The position numbers and the translations under genes were made by a program. The notes below the pieces were generated by a model. The model made no database searches. It saw only the letters and a list, made by a program, of their open reading frames with translations, and was not told where the DNA came from. Source: Antedon mediterranea (lineage: Eukaryota > Animalia > Echinodermata). From it: DNA of 64,000 nucleotides. Positions 62,101 to 64,000 of the stretch are shown here, piece by piece (the first letter of the stretch is position 1; each line of letters starts with the position of its first letter). The stretch lies in the NCBI RefSeq assembly GCF_964355755.1, contig NC_092671.1, positions 38,202,304 to 38,266,303 of the forward strand, written 5' to 3'.

Positions 62101-62879
62101 ATTAGCTACAAGTTTACAAACCCAGAAACTAGAAGTTGGTATCATTTAGCACATGAGTAGGAGGGGAACAAACAGTTGTATTGTGTTCAGTTTACTCTGC
62201 CGTAACCTGATTAACTTAAACCAACAGCACAGTGACAAGGGATTGTTTAGGGGCTTGGTGAAGGCATGTCAATGACATTGGGCTTGCTAAAGAAATCTAA
62301 TGGAGCTGAATTAAGGTCTCAATTGACACTCAACAAATAACTTATTATACTGTAGGAGTAACTAAGAAGAGTAGCATACAGAGTTACCCAGGCCGCATTA
62401 TTTTTTTCCCTATATTGGGTTAAGGCAGAAATCAAGAATAATTCATGACCCAAATTATTTTCTATGATAAAGAATAACAAGACTGACCTACTGTACTTCC
62501 TAAATATCGCTTAACCTAACCCTCTAAATAATCTCTCAACTATTAAAAAAAAAACATGGATGATGTTGTTAAGCATCGAACCTTGAGCGCGAGACCCTTA
62601 ATAGTCAGGGCTTTTGCTACTGTAAGTTCAAGGATAAAGATAAAGGAGAAACGCTTTAGAAAAATAGGGGGTGGGGGATATGGACCTTTTGGTATACATG
62701 ATTTAAGAAAGTCTATAGCTTAGGCCTAGACTGATAATAATGGTCAGAGTAAAACTTAAATATTCACATCCAGTCTTTGCATTTCTGCATATTCTGAAAG
62801 CAAAGTATTTCAGTTGGTATTTCTTGTTAACCTACCTGATCTTTACTGTCTCCAAGTCTATCTGTGACTGCGGGCATTA
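7270..62879 (-). CDS. CLASP1: CLIP-associating protein (CLASP/Orbit/MAST), multi-exon, 5'-partial: TOG1 (part), TOG2, SR-rich/SxIP region, TOG3, C-terminal CLIP-interacting domain
   Basis: 39 exons with GT-AG ends and matching phases join into one ORF (4346 nt in window). Hallmark motifs: DRLGDSKDQVRE, KDLRSQVVREACITLA, SQSQPGSRSGS, SGIPVPRSQGASRENSP, FTRMFVDPHSKVFSLFL, ELNTPEFSSMLSVLPKTFQ, SSVRKASVFCLV, MKLLNLYIKRAQ. Probably the single invertebrate CLASP1/2 co-orthologue. Confidence 0.97.
7805..7921 (-). CDS. CLASP1: CLASP exon, CLIP-ID (SYDHQESSVRKASVFCLVAIHCTIGDELKEYLKDLPGSK)
   Basis: 117 nt, phase 0->0. Confidence 0.97.
8013..8215 (+). mobile_element. 3'-truncated copy of the same Deu-domain SINE
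   Basis: aligns by eye with 18890-19091 (rc): GAGTGGCCAAGCGGTTAAGACAGTG...CTCACTCGCTCCATGGTTCTGG...TCGGATAAGGACTATAAACCG...TTTAAAGAACCTGGTACATCTTTCGAG. Confidence 0.8.
8254..8460 (-). CDS. CLASP1: CLASP exon, CLIP-ID (VVRAAEDTSATLANSIPPEQCVRVLCPIIQTADYPINQAAIKM...VLLK)
   Basis: 207 nt, phase 0->0. Confidence 0.97.
8508..8700. repeat. 30-bp minisatellite (CAGCAACTTAAAGGGGAAATTTGAAATAAT)n, about 6.5 units
   Basis: direct inspection. Confidence 0.9.
8748..8876 (-). CDS. CLASP1: CLASP exon, CLIP-ID (ATIRALALRVLREILRNQPDRFKDYVELTILKILEAHKDSQTE)
   Basis: 129 nt, phase 0->0. Confidence 0.96.
8896..8978. mobile_element. MITE family A, partial
   Basis: internal core and a remnant TIR. Confidence 0.65.
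9212..9422. mobile_element. MITE family D (Harbinger-like)
   Basis: imperfect TIRs AGGCGAACTCAGACAGCATCGTACGACAAGGCCC / GGGCCTCGTCATACAACGTTGTCTGAGTTGGCGT, TTA flanks. Confidence 0.7.
9453..9579 (-). CDS. CLASP1: CLASP exon, CLIP-ID (FEERKAAMIQLIRLTRENSLTMWDDHFKTVLLLMLETLGDSE)
   Basis: 127 nt, phase 2->0. Confidence 0.96.
9671..9838. mobile_element. MITE family A
   Basis: both TIRs and the 21-bp core. Confidence 0.8.
10125..10191 (-). CDS. CLASP1: CLASP exon, CLIP-ID (IPDDVTDAFVPLLKELSNHNE)
   Basis: 67 nt, phase 1->2, LLKELSNHNER motif. Confidence 0.94.
10305..10522 (-). mobile_element. 5'-truncated Deu-domain SINE with a different 3' tail
   Basis: rc GAACCCAGTACATTTTTCGAAGGAGTAGGGGTTTACCCTGGTGTACTGG matches the Deu core; the downstream tail is unrelated to the 18745 copy. 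Confidence 0.6.
10667..12277. mobile_element. non-autonomous Helentron/DINE-1-like (HINE) element, about 1.6 kb
   Basis: begins AACTAGA, 5' hairpin AACTCGTCA-CTT-TGACGAGTT then AGTTATCCGC; ends with hairpin AGTTATCCGC-TGAAT-GCGGATAACT; CpG-rich with internal duplicated blocks. Confidence 0.65.
12300..12366 (-). CDS. CLASP1: CLASP exon (NLRSSRGALTDSMLYDEEEYGG)
   Basis: 67 nt, phase 0->1. Confidence 0.88.
12396..12729. mobile_element. TTAA-flanked MITE (Kolobok/piggyBac-like)
   Basis: TTAA|AGATGTATTGTTTCCC...GGGGAAAATATATCT|TTAA; homologous to 33449-33714. Confidence 0.7.
13066..13206. mobile_element. MITE family A
   Basis: both TIRs and the core. Confidence 0.8.
13551..13979 (-). CDS. CLASP1: CLASP exon, TOG3-CLIP-ID linker (KMAEEAKRSSPR...NMNSEEVYKSLQKTTAEIQNYTF...YPVQ)
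   Basis: 429 nt, phase 0->0, contains the conserved NMNSEE(I/V)Y.SL motif. Confidence 0.9.
14950..15094. mobile_element. MITE family A
   Basis: both TIRs, TAA target-site duplication. Confidence 0.82.
15620..15843. repeat. degenerate tandem repeat of CTATGGTTAC/TAACCATGGCAAT
   Basis: direct inspection. Confidence 0.7.
16330..16389 (-). CDS. CLASP1: CLASP exon, end of TOG3 (EGVTKLLRNYMRSTATHGNE)
   Basis: 60 nt, phase 0->0, equivalent to vertebrate DGATKLLHNHL. Confidence 0.92.
16940..17165. repeat. 20-21-bp minisatellite (GTAGTGCAATAGCACTTTAA)n
   Basis: direct inspection. Confidence 0.85.
18252..18338 (-). CDS. CLASP1: CLASP exon, TOG3 (ASQAVLIALFELNTPEFSSMLSVLPKTFQ)
   Basis: 87 nt, phase 0->0. 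Confidence 0.96.
18381..18500 (+). pseudogene. 5S rRNA-derived sequence (pseudogene or SINE head)
   Basis: TACGGCCATAC..GTTGAAACACCGGTTCTCGTC.GATCACCGAAGTTAAGCAACG..GGGCCCGGTT...GGATGGGAGACCG...CGGGTGCTGTA follows metazoan 5S rRNA with substitutions and indels; no oligo-T terminator. Confidence 0.85.
18504..18700 (+). mobile_element. tRNA-derived SINE body fused directly behind the 5S sequence
   Basis: A box TGGTGTAATGG, B box GGTTCGAG, CORE-like CCTTAGGCAAGATGCTTTACTCTCATTGCC, LINE-like tail GAATTTCCTCACTGAGGACAAAT(AAT)n and an A-rich end. Confidence 0.65.
18745..19091 (-). mobile_element. full-length tRNA-headed Deu/Nin-domain SINE with L2-like 3' tail
   Basis: rc: GGAGTGAGTGGCCGAGCGGTTAAG (A box)...TCGGATAAGAACTATAAACCGTAGGTCC...CACTTTAAAGAACCTAGTACATCTTTCGAGATGAGTAAGGGATTACCCCGGTGTACT (Deu-like core)...AGCGCTTTGATC..AATAGCGCTATATAAAT. 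Confidence 0.8.
19154..19297 (-). CDS. CLASP1: CLASP exon, TOG3 (VKVSMLNYLENL...ETRLAVSRIISWTSEAKSADVRK)
   Basis: 144 nt, phase 0->0. Confidence 0.96.
19411..19489 (-). CDS. CLASP1: CLASP exon, TOG3 (ESFPYDEQFRILTKFIVDQTQTPNAK)
   Basis: 79 nt, phase 2->0. Confidence 0.96.
19655..19885. repeat. degenerate (AATC/AAT)n low-complexity repeat
   Basis: direct inspection. Confidence 0.75.
19910..20073 (-). CDS. CLASP1: CLASP exon, TOG3 (VFSLFLDTLMDFV...DWLFILMTRLLQKTGSDLLGS...)
   Basis: 164 nt, phase 0->2. Confidence 0.96.
20113..20367. mobile_element. MITE family A interrupted by a retro-element tail (about 20168-20263)
   Basis: left TIR, insertion, then 4 core units. Confidence 0.75.
20389..20452 (-). 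CDS. CLASP1: CLASP exon, TOG3 (RQELKRTTELFTRMFVDPHSK)
   Basis: 64 nt, phase 2->0. Confidence 0.96.
20480..20647. mobile_element. right half of the same Tigger-like MITE with tandemly amplified subterminal repeat
   Basis: repeated TATTGGGAGAGTTTCCGGTTTTCAGAGAG, ends CAACTG|TA. Confidence 0.65.
20681..20883 (-). CDS. CLASP1: CLASP exon, start of TOG3 (ISRKRWDS...SDVSSVCS...WSERKEGLHGLQ...)
   Basis: 203 nt, phase 0->2. Confidence 0.95.
21051..21218 (+). mobile_element. 3' fragment of a Rex1/Babar-like (CR1 group) LINE ORF2
   Basis: translates HSILQDSTHPMHNVFEALHSGRCYRSIISYTNRFRNSFHPAAIRALN..*, matching the D.SHP.H..F..L.SGR.YRS...T.R..NSF.P.AIR.LN C-terminus of these RTs. Confidence 0.75.
21361..21503 (-). 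CDS. CLASP1: CLASP exon (SSSSNRERRLSGG...ILAQRVLGTGQEAEQALHNAL)
   Basis: 143 nt, phase 1->0. Confidence 0.94.
21596..21963. repeat. 23-bp minisatellite (GTTAATCTAGTGTACCGGTACCA)n, about 16 units
   Basis: direct inspection. Confidence 0.95.
22605..22778 (-). CDS. CLASP1: CLASP exon with SxIP EB1-binding motif (GSRSGSRSASP...RRSGIPVPRSQGASRENSPSRYGY)
   Basis: 174 nt, phase 1->1. Confidence 0.95.
22897..23310. repeat. degenerate tandem repeat built on TTACCAGGTTTT/AACCAGGTT
   Basis: direct inspection. Confidence 0.8.
24253..24363 (-). CDS. CLASP1: CLASP exon (STPSRVNSGLNSNGRVPLSNGRATRTRSRVGVSQSQ)
   Basis: 111 nt, phase 1->1. Confidence 0.92.
25570..25590 (-). CDS. CLASP1: CLASP 21-nt micro-exon (LPRINK)
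   Basis: ttttag|TTTTACCAAGAATCAACAAAT|gtaagt, symmetric phase 1. Confidence 0.55.
25777..25910. mobile_element. hAT-like non-autonomous element fragment
   Basis: homologous to 444-578. Confidence 0.6.
26025..26116. repeat. (GAT)n microsatellite
   Basis: direct inspection; source of the poly-His/Met/Ile ORFs. Confidence 0.95.
26706..26818. mobile_element. MITE family A
   Basis: TIRs and core. Confidence 0.78.
27175..27295. mobile_element. MITE family A
   Basis: TIRs and core. Confidence 0.8.
27413..27541 (-). CDS. CLASP1: CLASP cassette exon (RRRRRGLLSNQCHSMYLEPTSSYSLETPPPPPPAAASAQQNS)
   Basis: long polypyrimidine tract plus aagcag acceptor, 129 nt symmetric phase 1, gtaaat donor. Confidence 0.6.
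27929..28085. mobile_element. MITE family A
   Basis: TIRs and core. Confidence 0.8.
28217..28374. mobile_element. MITE family A
   Basis: TIRs and core. Confidence 0.8.
28963..29121 (-). CDS. CLASP1: CLASP exon (GNALVLGPRSNSDVNTGAASRARSR...SRENL)
   Basis: 159 nt, phase 1->1, resembles the RSRSDIDVNAA motif. Confidence 0.9.
29420..29630. repeat. about 120-bp tandem duplication
   Basis: GAATTGTTTCTATTGA.TAAAAA...GTTAAAACTTTT.CTTTCTTCTTTCCA occurs twice. Confidence 0.75.
29933..30068. mobile_element. MITE family A
   Basis: TIRs and core. Confidence 0.78.
30376..30437 (-). CDS. CLASP1: CLASP exon (SRITPGIPARRSMRVTKSEH); NAGNAG acceptor, alternative end 30434
   Basis: 62 nt, phase 2->1, aagcag acceptor, gtaagc donor. 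Confidence 0.85.
30771..30932 (-). CDS. CLASP1: CLASP exon, end of TOG2 (AYWKFHEHFKQAADKLFNGLDPSKQRGL...SSAEN)
   Basis: 162 nt, phase 2->2. Confidence 0.95.
31088..31223. mobile_element. MITE family A
   Basis: degenerate TIRs and core. Confidence 0.75.
31320..31457 (-). CDS. CLASP1: CLASP exon, TOG2 (HTMLFILTIVSTWETHSMERH...DPDSEARATAR)
   Basis: 138 nt, phase 2->2. Confidence 0.95.
31562..31734. mobile_element. MITE family C
   Basis: shares ...GTGGGACAAGC..GGTTTTCCGCTTACC.TTACCGC..GTCTGTGTAAA.TGGCCT. Confidence 0.7.
31832..31980. mobile_element. MITE family A
   Basis: TIRs and core. Confidence 0.8.
32030..32100 (-). CDS. CLASP1: CLASP exon, TOG2 (QTHGHRLMPIITGFSSSKSTAIR)
   Basis: 71 nt, phase 0->2. 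Confidence 0.95.
32684..32901 (-). mobile_element. tRNA-derived SINE
   Basis: rc GGAGTTGTGGCTTGGTGGTT (A box)...GGGTTGAAGTCCCG (B box); 3' GAGGGTCCC...TCACCCTCATTAAAT LINE-like tail. Confidence 0.6.
33242..33377 (-). CDS. CLASP1: CLASP exon, TOG2 (YLSSKLGRSFEHAAESVLPTL...NSAKIMSTSG...IIK)
   Basis: 136 nt, phase 2->0. Confidence 0.96.
33449..33714. mobile_element. TTAA-flanked MITE (Kolobok/piggyBac-like), second copy
   Basis: TTAA|AGATGTATTGTCCC...GGGAACAATATATCT|TTAA. Confidence 0.72.
33854..33999 (-). CDS. CLASP1: CLASP exon, TOG2 (LKKIRSLVIAGA...KDLRSQVVREACITLA)
   Basis: 146 nt, phase 0->2. Confidence 0.97.
34165..34255. repeat. 15-bp repeat (GATAATGAAAATGCT)n
   Basis: direct inspection. 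Confidence 0.85.
34346..34438 (-). CDS. CLASP1: CLASP exon, TOG2 (IFSSKSLEEEFNSITSILNNDKNDWEQRCSA)
   Basis: 93 nt, phase 0->0. Confidence 0.95.
34707..34900. mobile_element. MITE related to family B
   Basis: AGCGTGGTTCTAACTAG...CTAGTGGGAACCAAGCT termini, TAA/TTA flanks. Confidence 0.7.
35190..35413. mobile_element. Tigger-like MITE fragments
   Basis: right end rc CAGTAGAACCGCTTCTTATGGACACCCCTATAAAGTGGACAC; related motifs at 34600-34700. Confidence 0.4.
35511..35566 (-). CDS. CLASP1: CLASP exon (ALNEDRFVEAYEEVPIVS)
   Basis: 56 nt, phase 1->0, matches the pre-TOG2 GAVDEEDF...VP motif. Confidence 0.92.
36148..36226 (-). CDS. CLASP1: CLASP exon (ASHKATTVKRSSSSAGKKLGSRPGSA)
   Basis: 79 nt, phase 0->1, acag/gttgg. 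Confidence 0.88.
37086..37160 (-). CDS. CLASP1: CLASP cassette exon (IELEPTPHKPPLPSSRAEILKRFRE)
   Basis: 75 nt, symmetric phase 0, acag/gtgag. Confidence 0.65.
37300..37454. mobile_element. MITE family A
   Basis: degenerate TIRs and core. Confidence 0.75.
37690..37758 (-). CDS. CLASP1: CLASP cassette exon (RKPWNSRVTPMLQKTSAVAAFNE)
   Basis: 69 nt, symmetric phase 0, atag/gtgag. Confidence 0.65.
38260..38535. repeat. 32-bp repeat (CCTAGCCTCATAAAACCAGACACAATGTTGTG) inside a 145-bp duplication
   Basis: direct inspection. Confidence 0.8.
39462..39511 (-). CDS. CLASP1: CLASP exon, TOG1-TOG2 linker (PKAGGGGGDETDNKPA)
   Basis: 50 nt, phase 1->0, ttttag/gtaagt. Confidence 0.88.
39536..39995. repeat. 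about 110-120-bp tandem repeat x4 immediately upstream of the exon 39511 acceptor
   Basis: TTAATGTCAAAACCTTATTTGAACTA.GAAAAAT recurs at about 39545, 39666, 39769 and 39885. Confidence 0.8.
40858..40980 (-). repeat. tRNA-like head plus GGTTAGGTTA repeat element (related copy at 62495-62620)
   Basis: rc TGGTCGAGTGG...GGGTTCGAAG...T9...ATAGTTGAGA..AGGGTTAGGTTAAG..TTTAGGAAG shared with 62495-62620. Confidence 0.45.
41766..41915. mobile_element. MITE family A
   Basis: left TIR and core, eroded right end. Confidence 0.78.
42211..42232 (-). CDS. weak candidate alternative first coding exon (MAQGIIV)
   Basis: aaaATGG, phase-1 donor A|gtaagc; a competing phase-0 gtaagt lies 4 nt earlier. Confidence 0.2.
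42274..42427. mobile_element. MITE family A
   Basis: TIRs and core. Confidence 0.8.
42796..42841 (-). CDS. CLASP1: candidate alternative first coding exon of CLASP (MNFSMEVIIEGPENE)
   Basis: two in-frame ATGs after an in-frame TAG, phase-1 donor AAG|gtagga. Confidence 0.45.
43019..43046 (-). CDS. CLASP1: candidate alternative first coding exon of CLASP (MRKPVGCST)
   Basis: aagATG start, 28 nt, phase-1 donor CAG|gtaggt, CpG-containing leader. Confidence 0.45.
43528..43675. mobile_element. MITE family A
   Basis: left TIR and core. Confidence 0.78.
45045..45462. repeat. minisatellite (TAATTGGTACCAAAACTAGAAATACTAAT-like)n
   Basis: direct inspection. Confidence 0.9.
45992..46531. mobile_element. 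Tc1/mariner (Tc2-like) non-autonomous element
   Basis: TA|CCGTATTTATTCAAGTAAACGCC...GGCGTTTATTCAAATAAATATGG|TA, internal C-rich subterminal repeats. Confidence 0.72.
47341..47548. mobile_element. MITE family A with 6-unit homogenised minisatellite (TTTGTG variant)
   Basis: (CATATCACTACCATATTTGTG)n and right TIR. Confidence 0.8.
47654..47714 (-). CDS. CLASP1: candidate alternative first coding exon of CLASP (MAFLKKKTKFNWWGTSSSPP)
   Basis: acaATGG start, 61 nt, phase-1 donor TG|gtaagt, CpG-richer upstream leader (47715-48000). Confidence 0.6.
49247..49409 (-). CDS. CLASP1: candidate alternative first coding exon of CLASP (MENRNRASFQRDVSTVLDLLSDGNPMPLKNGCLDLQDNLYDFAEEMECDMNDGI)
   Basis: ataATGG start, 163 nt open with coding-like composition, phase-1 donor AG|gtaagg. 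Confidence 0.65.
49676..49700 (-). CDS. weak candidate alternative first coding exon (MFVILIFE)
   Basis: aatATG...GAA G|gtaaac, phase 1. Confidence 0.22.
50337..50346 (-). CDS. weak candidate alternative first coding exon (MTS)
   Basis: ATG ACC TCC G|gtgagt, phase 1; overlapped by the stop of an upstream 15-codon ORF. Confidence 0.25.
53188..53308. mobile_element. MITE family A, partial
   Basis: core and right TIR. Confidence 0.75.
53579..53739. mobile_element. MITE family A, near-consensus copy
   Basis: GCTCTGTCTACACTATCAAACT...AGTTTGATAGTGTAGACAGAGC perfect 22-bp TIR. Confidence 0.88.
53770..53902. mobile_element. MITE family A (opposite orientation to 53579 copy)
   Basis: TIRs and core. 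Confidence 0.8.
54276..54327 (-). CDS. CLASP1: candidate alternative first coding exon of CLASP (MADEKTKKILHMIECMY)
   Basis: agaATGG start, 52 nt, phase-1 donor C|gtaagt, in frame with the acceptor of exon 39511. Confidence 0.6.
55196..55351. mobile_element. MITE family A
   Basis: TIRs and core. Confidence 0.82.
56421..56491 (-). CDS. CLASP1: CLASP exon, end of TOG1 (LSIIYAKFDDVKRSGGMLVNPEF)
   Basis: 71 nt, phase 2->1, tcag/gtgag. Confidence 0.94.
56628..56781. mobile_element. MITE family A
   Basis: core x3 and right TIR. Confidence 0.78.
56873..57190. repeat. near-perfect 30-bp minisatellite (TTGACCTTTGAACTTAAATTCACATTCATG)n, about 10.6 units, abutting the splice donor
   Basis: direct inspection. 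Confidence 0.97.
57192..57289 (-). CDS. CLASP1: CLASP exon, TOG1 (VRDTAINTLVEIYRHVGEKVRVDLGKKGIPSS)
   Basis: 98 nt, phase 0->2, atag/gtaag. Confidence 0.95.
58608..58763. mobile_element. Tc1/mariner (pogo/Tigger-like) MITE
   Basis: TA|CAGTCAACTCTCCCAATA...TATTGGGAGAGTTGACTG|TA. Confidence 0.78.
58931..59114. mobile_element. MITE family C
   Basis: TIR AGGCCAATTTACACA...TGTGTAAATTGGCCT, TAA target-site duplication. Confidence 0.8.
59135..59210 (-). CDS. CLASP1: CLASP exon, TOG1 (YGAGSLVLSKLVPSICKLLGDPNSQ)
   Basis: 76 nt, phase 2->0, tcag/gtaat. Confidence 0.95.
60528..60625. repeat. 10-bp repeat (ATATTGATTG)n
   Basis: direct inspection. Confidence 0.9.
60643..60734 (-). CDS. CLASP1: CLASP exon, TOG1 (YVFERLMKAFVHKNWRVREEVLHCLQQTIN)
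   Basis: 92 nt, phase 0->2, gcag/gtaag. Confidence 0.95.
61018..61150. repeat. (GAT)n microsatellite
   Basis: direct inspection. Confidence 0.9.
61307..61363 (-). CDS. CLASP1: CLASP exon, TOG1 (VREDAQALIQKLMAVSSSQ)
   Basis: 57 nt, phase 0->0, gtag/gttag. Confidence 0.9.
61802..61937. mobile_element. MITE family A
   Basis: TIRs and core. Confidence 0.82.
62495..62620 (-). repeat. second copy of the tRNA-like/GGTTAGGTTA element
   Basis: cttcctaaat..cttaacctaaccctc..tctcaactat.aaaaaaaaacatg..tcgaacc shared with 40858-40980. Confidence 0.4.
62836..62879 (-). CDS. CLASP1: CLASP exon, TOG1 (MPAVTDRLGDSKDQ)
   Basis: 44 nt, phase 1->0, ccag/gtagg. Confidence 0.92.
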
Positions 62880-63316
62880 CTGGAAAAAAAAAATAAACAA
62901 TTTGATCATTAGCTTTCTATGTTTAAGCCTATATAATTATGAATGAATTATTTTATTACTCAATACTGTACATCTCACATAAACAATCATTATTTCTATG
63001 TTCAAAACATTCAATATGGTCAAAAGAGTACTTCATACACTGTAAAACCTCTTGAATATTAGTATCCCCTATAGAAAATGGTATAATCCATCATTAAAGA
63101 TTAAAGACATTTTTTACAAGGACTTAATAACAATACCTAGATAAATTAACATACAAAAGGGGATACTTTAACTATTCTCTTAAAATATTAAATTGAAAAG
63201 TACTACAGCATATGAATATTTCTATCACAGTTTGTTGAGAAGATACAGTACAGTAGTTATAAATCAGGCTTTTTAAAAAATATGACTGTGGGAACAAGAA
63301 GAGGTTGATATTGTTA

Positions 63317-63558
63317 AGCTCTGTCTACACTATCAAACTTTATGTGACAAAAAATGTGATGTGCCCATATATTGACATGATGATGTCATATCAATACCAT
63401 ATTTGGGCATATCAATACCATATTTGGGCATATTACTACCATATTTCGGCACATCATAGTTTTTATGGACATGATATCATTACCATATTTGGACATATCA
63501 CTACTATATTTGGGCTAATCACACTTTTTTGTCATAGTTTGATAGTGTAGACAGCGCT
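63317..63558. mobile_element. MITE family A with internal duplication
   Basis: TIRs, several core units. Confidence 0.82.
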
Positions 63559-64000
63559 TTATGATCTATGAACATGTAGTAGAAAAATAATTAATTTACG
63601 GATGTGCAGATGATTGCAGTGTTGGCTTTGATTTCCCAAATCAATCATAGACTTGTTATAAAAACTCAAACCAACAATGTGTAGATAACCCTTGTGCTTT
63701 AGCTATTATTTACAGCTCATGGGAGCATTTTACAAATCCCAGTATTATTATTATGAAAGTCAATTAGCGGTGCCATTCACTGATCAATACCATTATGAGT
63801 GTACTGCAATGACAACTCTTGTATTGTGTGATATAATCAAATACACGGAAACATGGAGGACCTCCATACACGAAATAAAATGATTTTAAATATTCATTCA
63901 TTGAACTTACAGTAGCATTATTTAATAAAATGTTATTTATTGTTTATTTCATATTCAACAGTGAGAAATTATAGTATAATTTTTAAAAGGCTTAGGGAGT

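Noticed and set aside
62880-64000. Next upstream CLASP exon
   Set aside because: No open frame resembling the preceding TOG1 segment with a phase-1 donor was found; it must lie outside the window.

Overview
AT-rich animal (marine invertebrate, plausibly a non-vertebrate deuterostome such as an echinoderm; inference) genomic DNA. Nearly the whole window (about 7270-62879, minus strand) is one intron-rich gene, CLASP (CLIP-associating protein, Orbit/MAST family). I reconstructed 39 exons by hand, all GT-AG with compatible phases, giving about 1447 codons from mid-TOG1 to the stop. The first roughly 90 aa lie beyond the right edge. The most notable structure is the 17-kb intron between TOG1 and TOG2 (39512-56420). 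It holds 5 good and about 3 weaker candidate alternative first exons (ATG...phase-1 donor), all in frame with the same acceptor, resembling an expanded version of the vertebrate CLASP alpha/beta/gamma N-terminal switch. Several cassette and micro-exons sit in the Ser/Arg-rich linkers. Introns are full of non-autonomous elements: about 27 copies of one PIF/Harbinger-like MITE carrying an expandable 21-bp minisatellite (the source of the spurious YHYHIWA/PKYGSDM ORFs), other MITEs, a Helentron-type element, Deu-domain SINEs, a 5S rRNA+tRNA chimeric SINE-like element, a Rex1-like LINE fragment and many minisatellites. No prokaryotic systems or CRISPR arrays are present. All calls come from manual reading; no searches were run.
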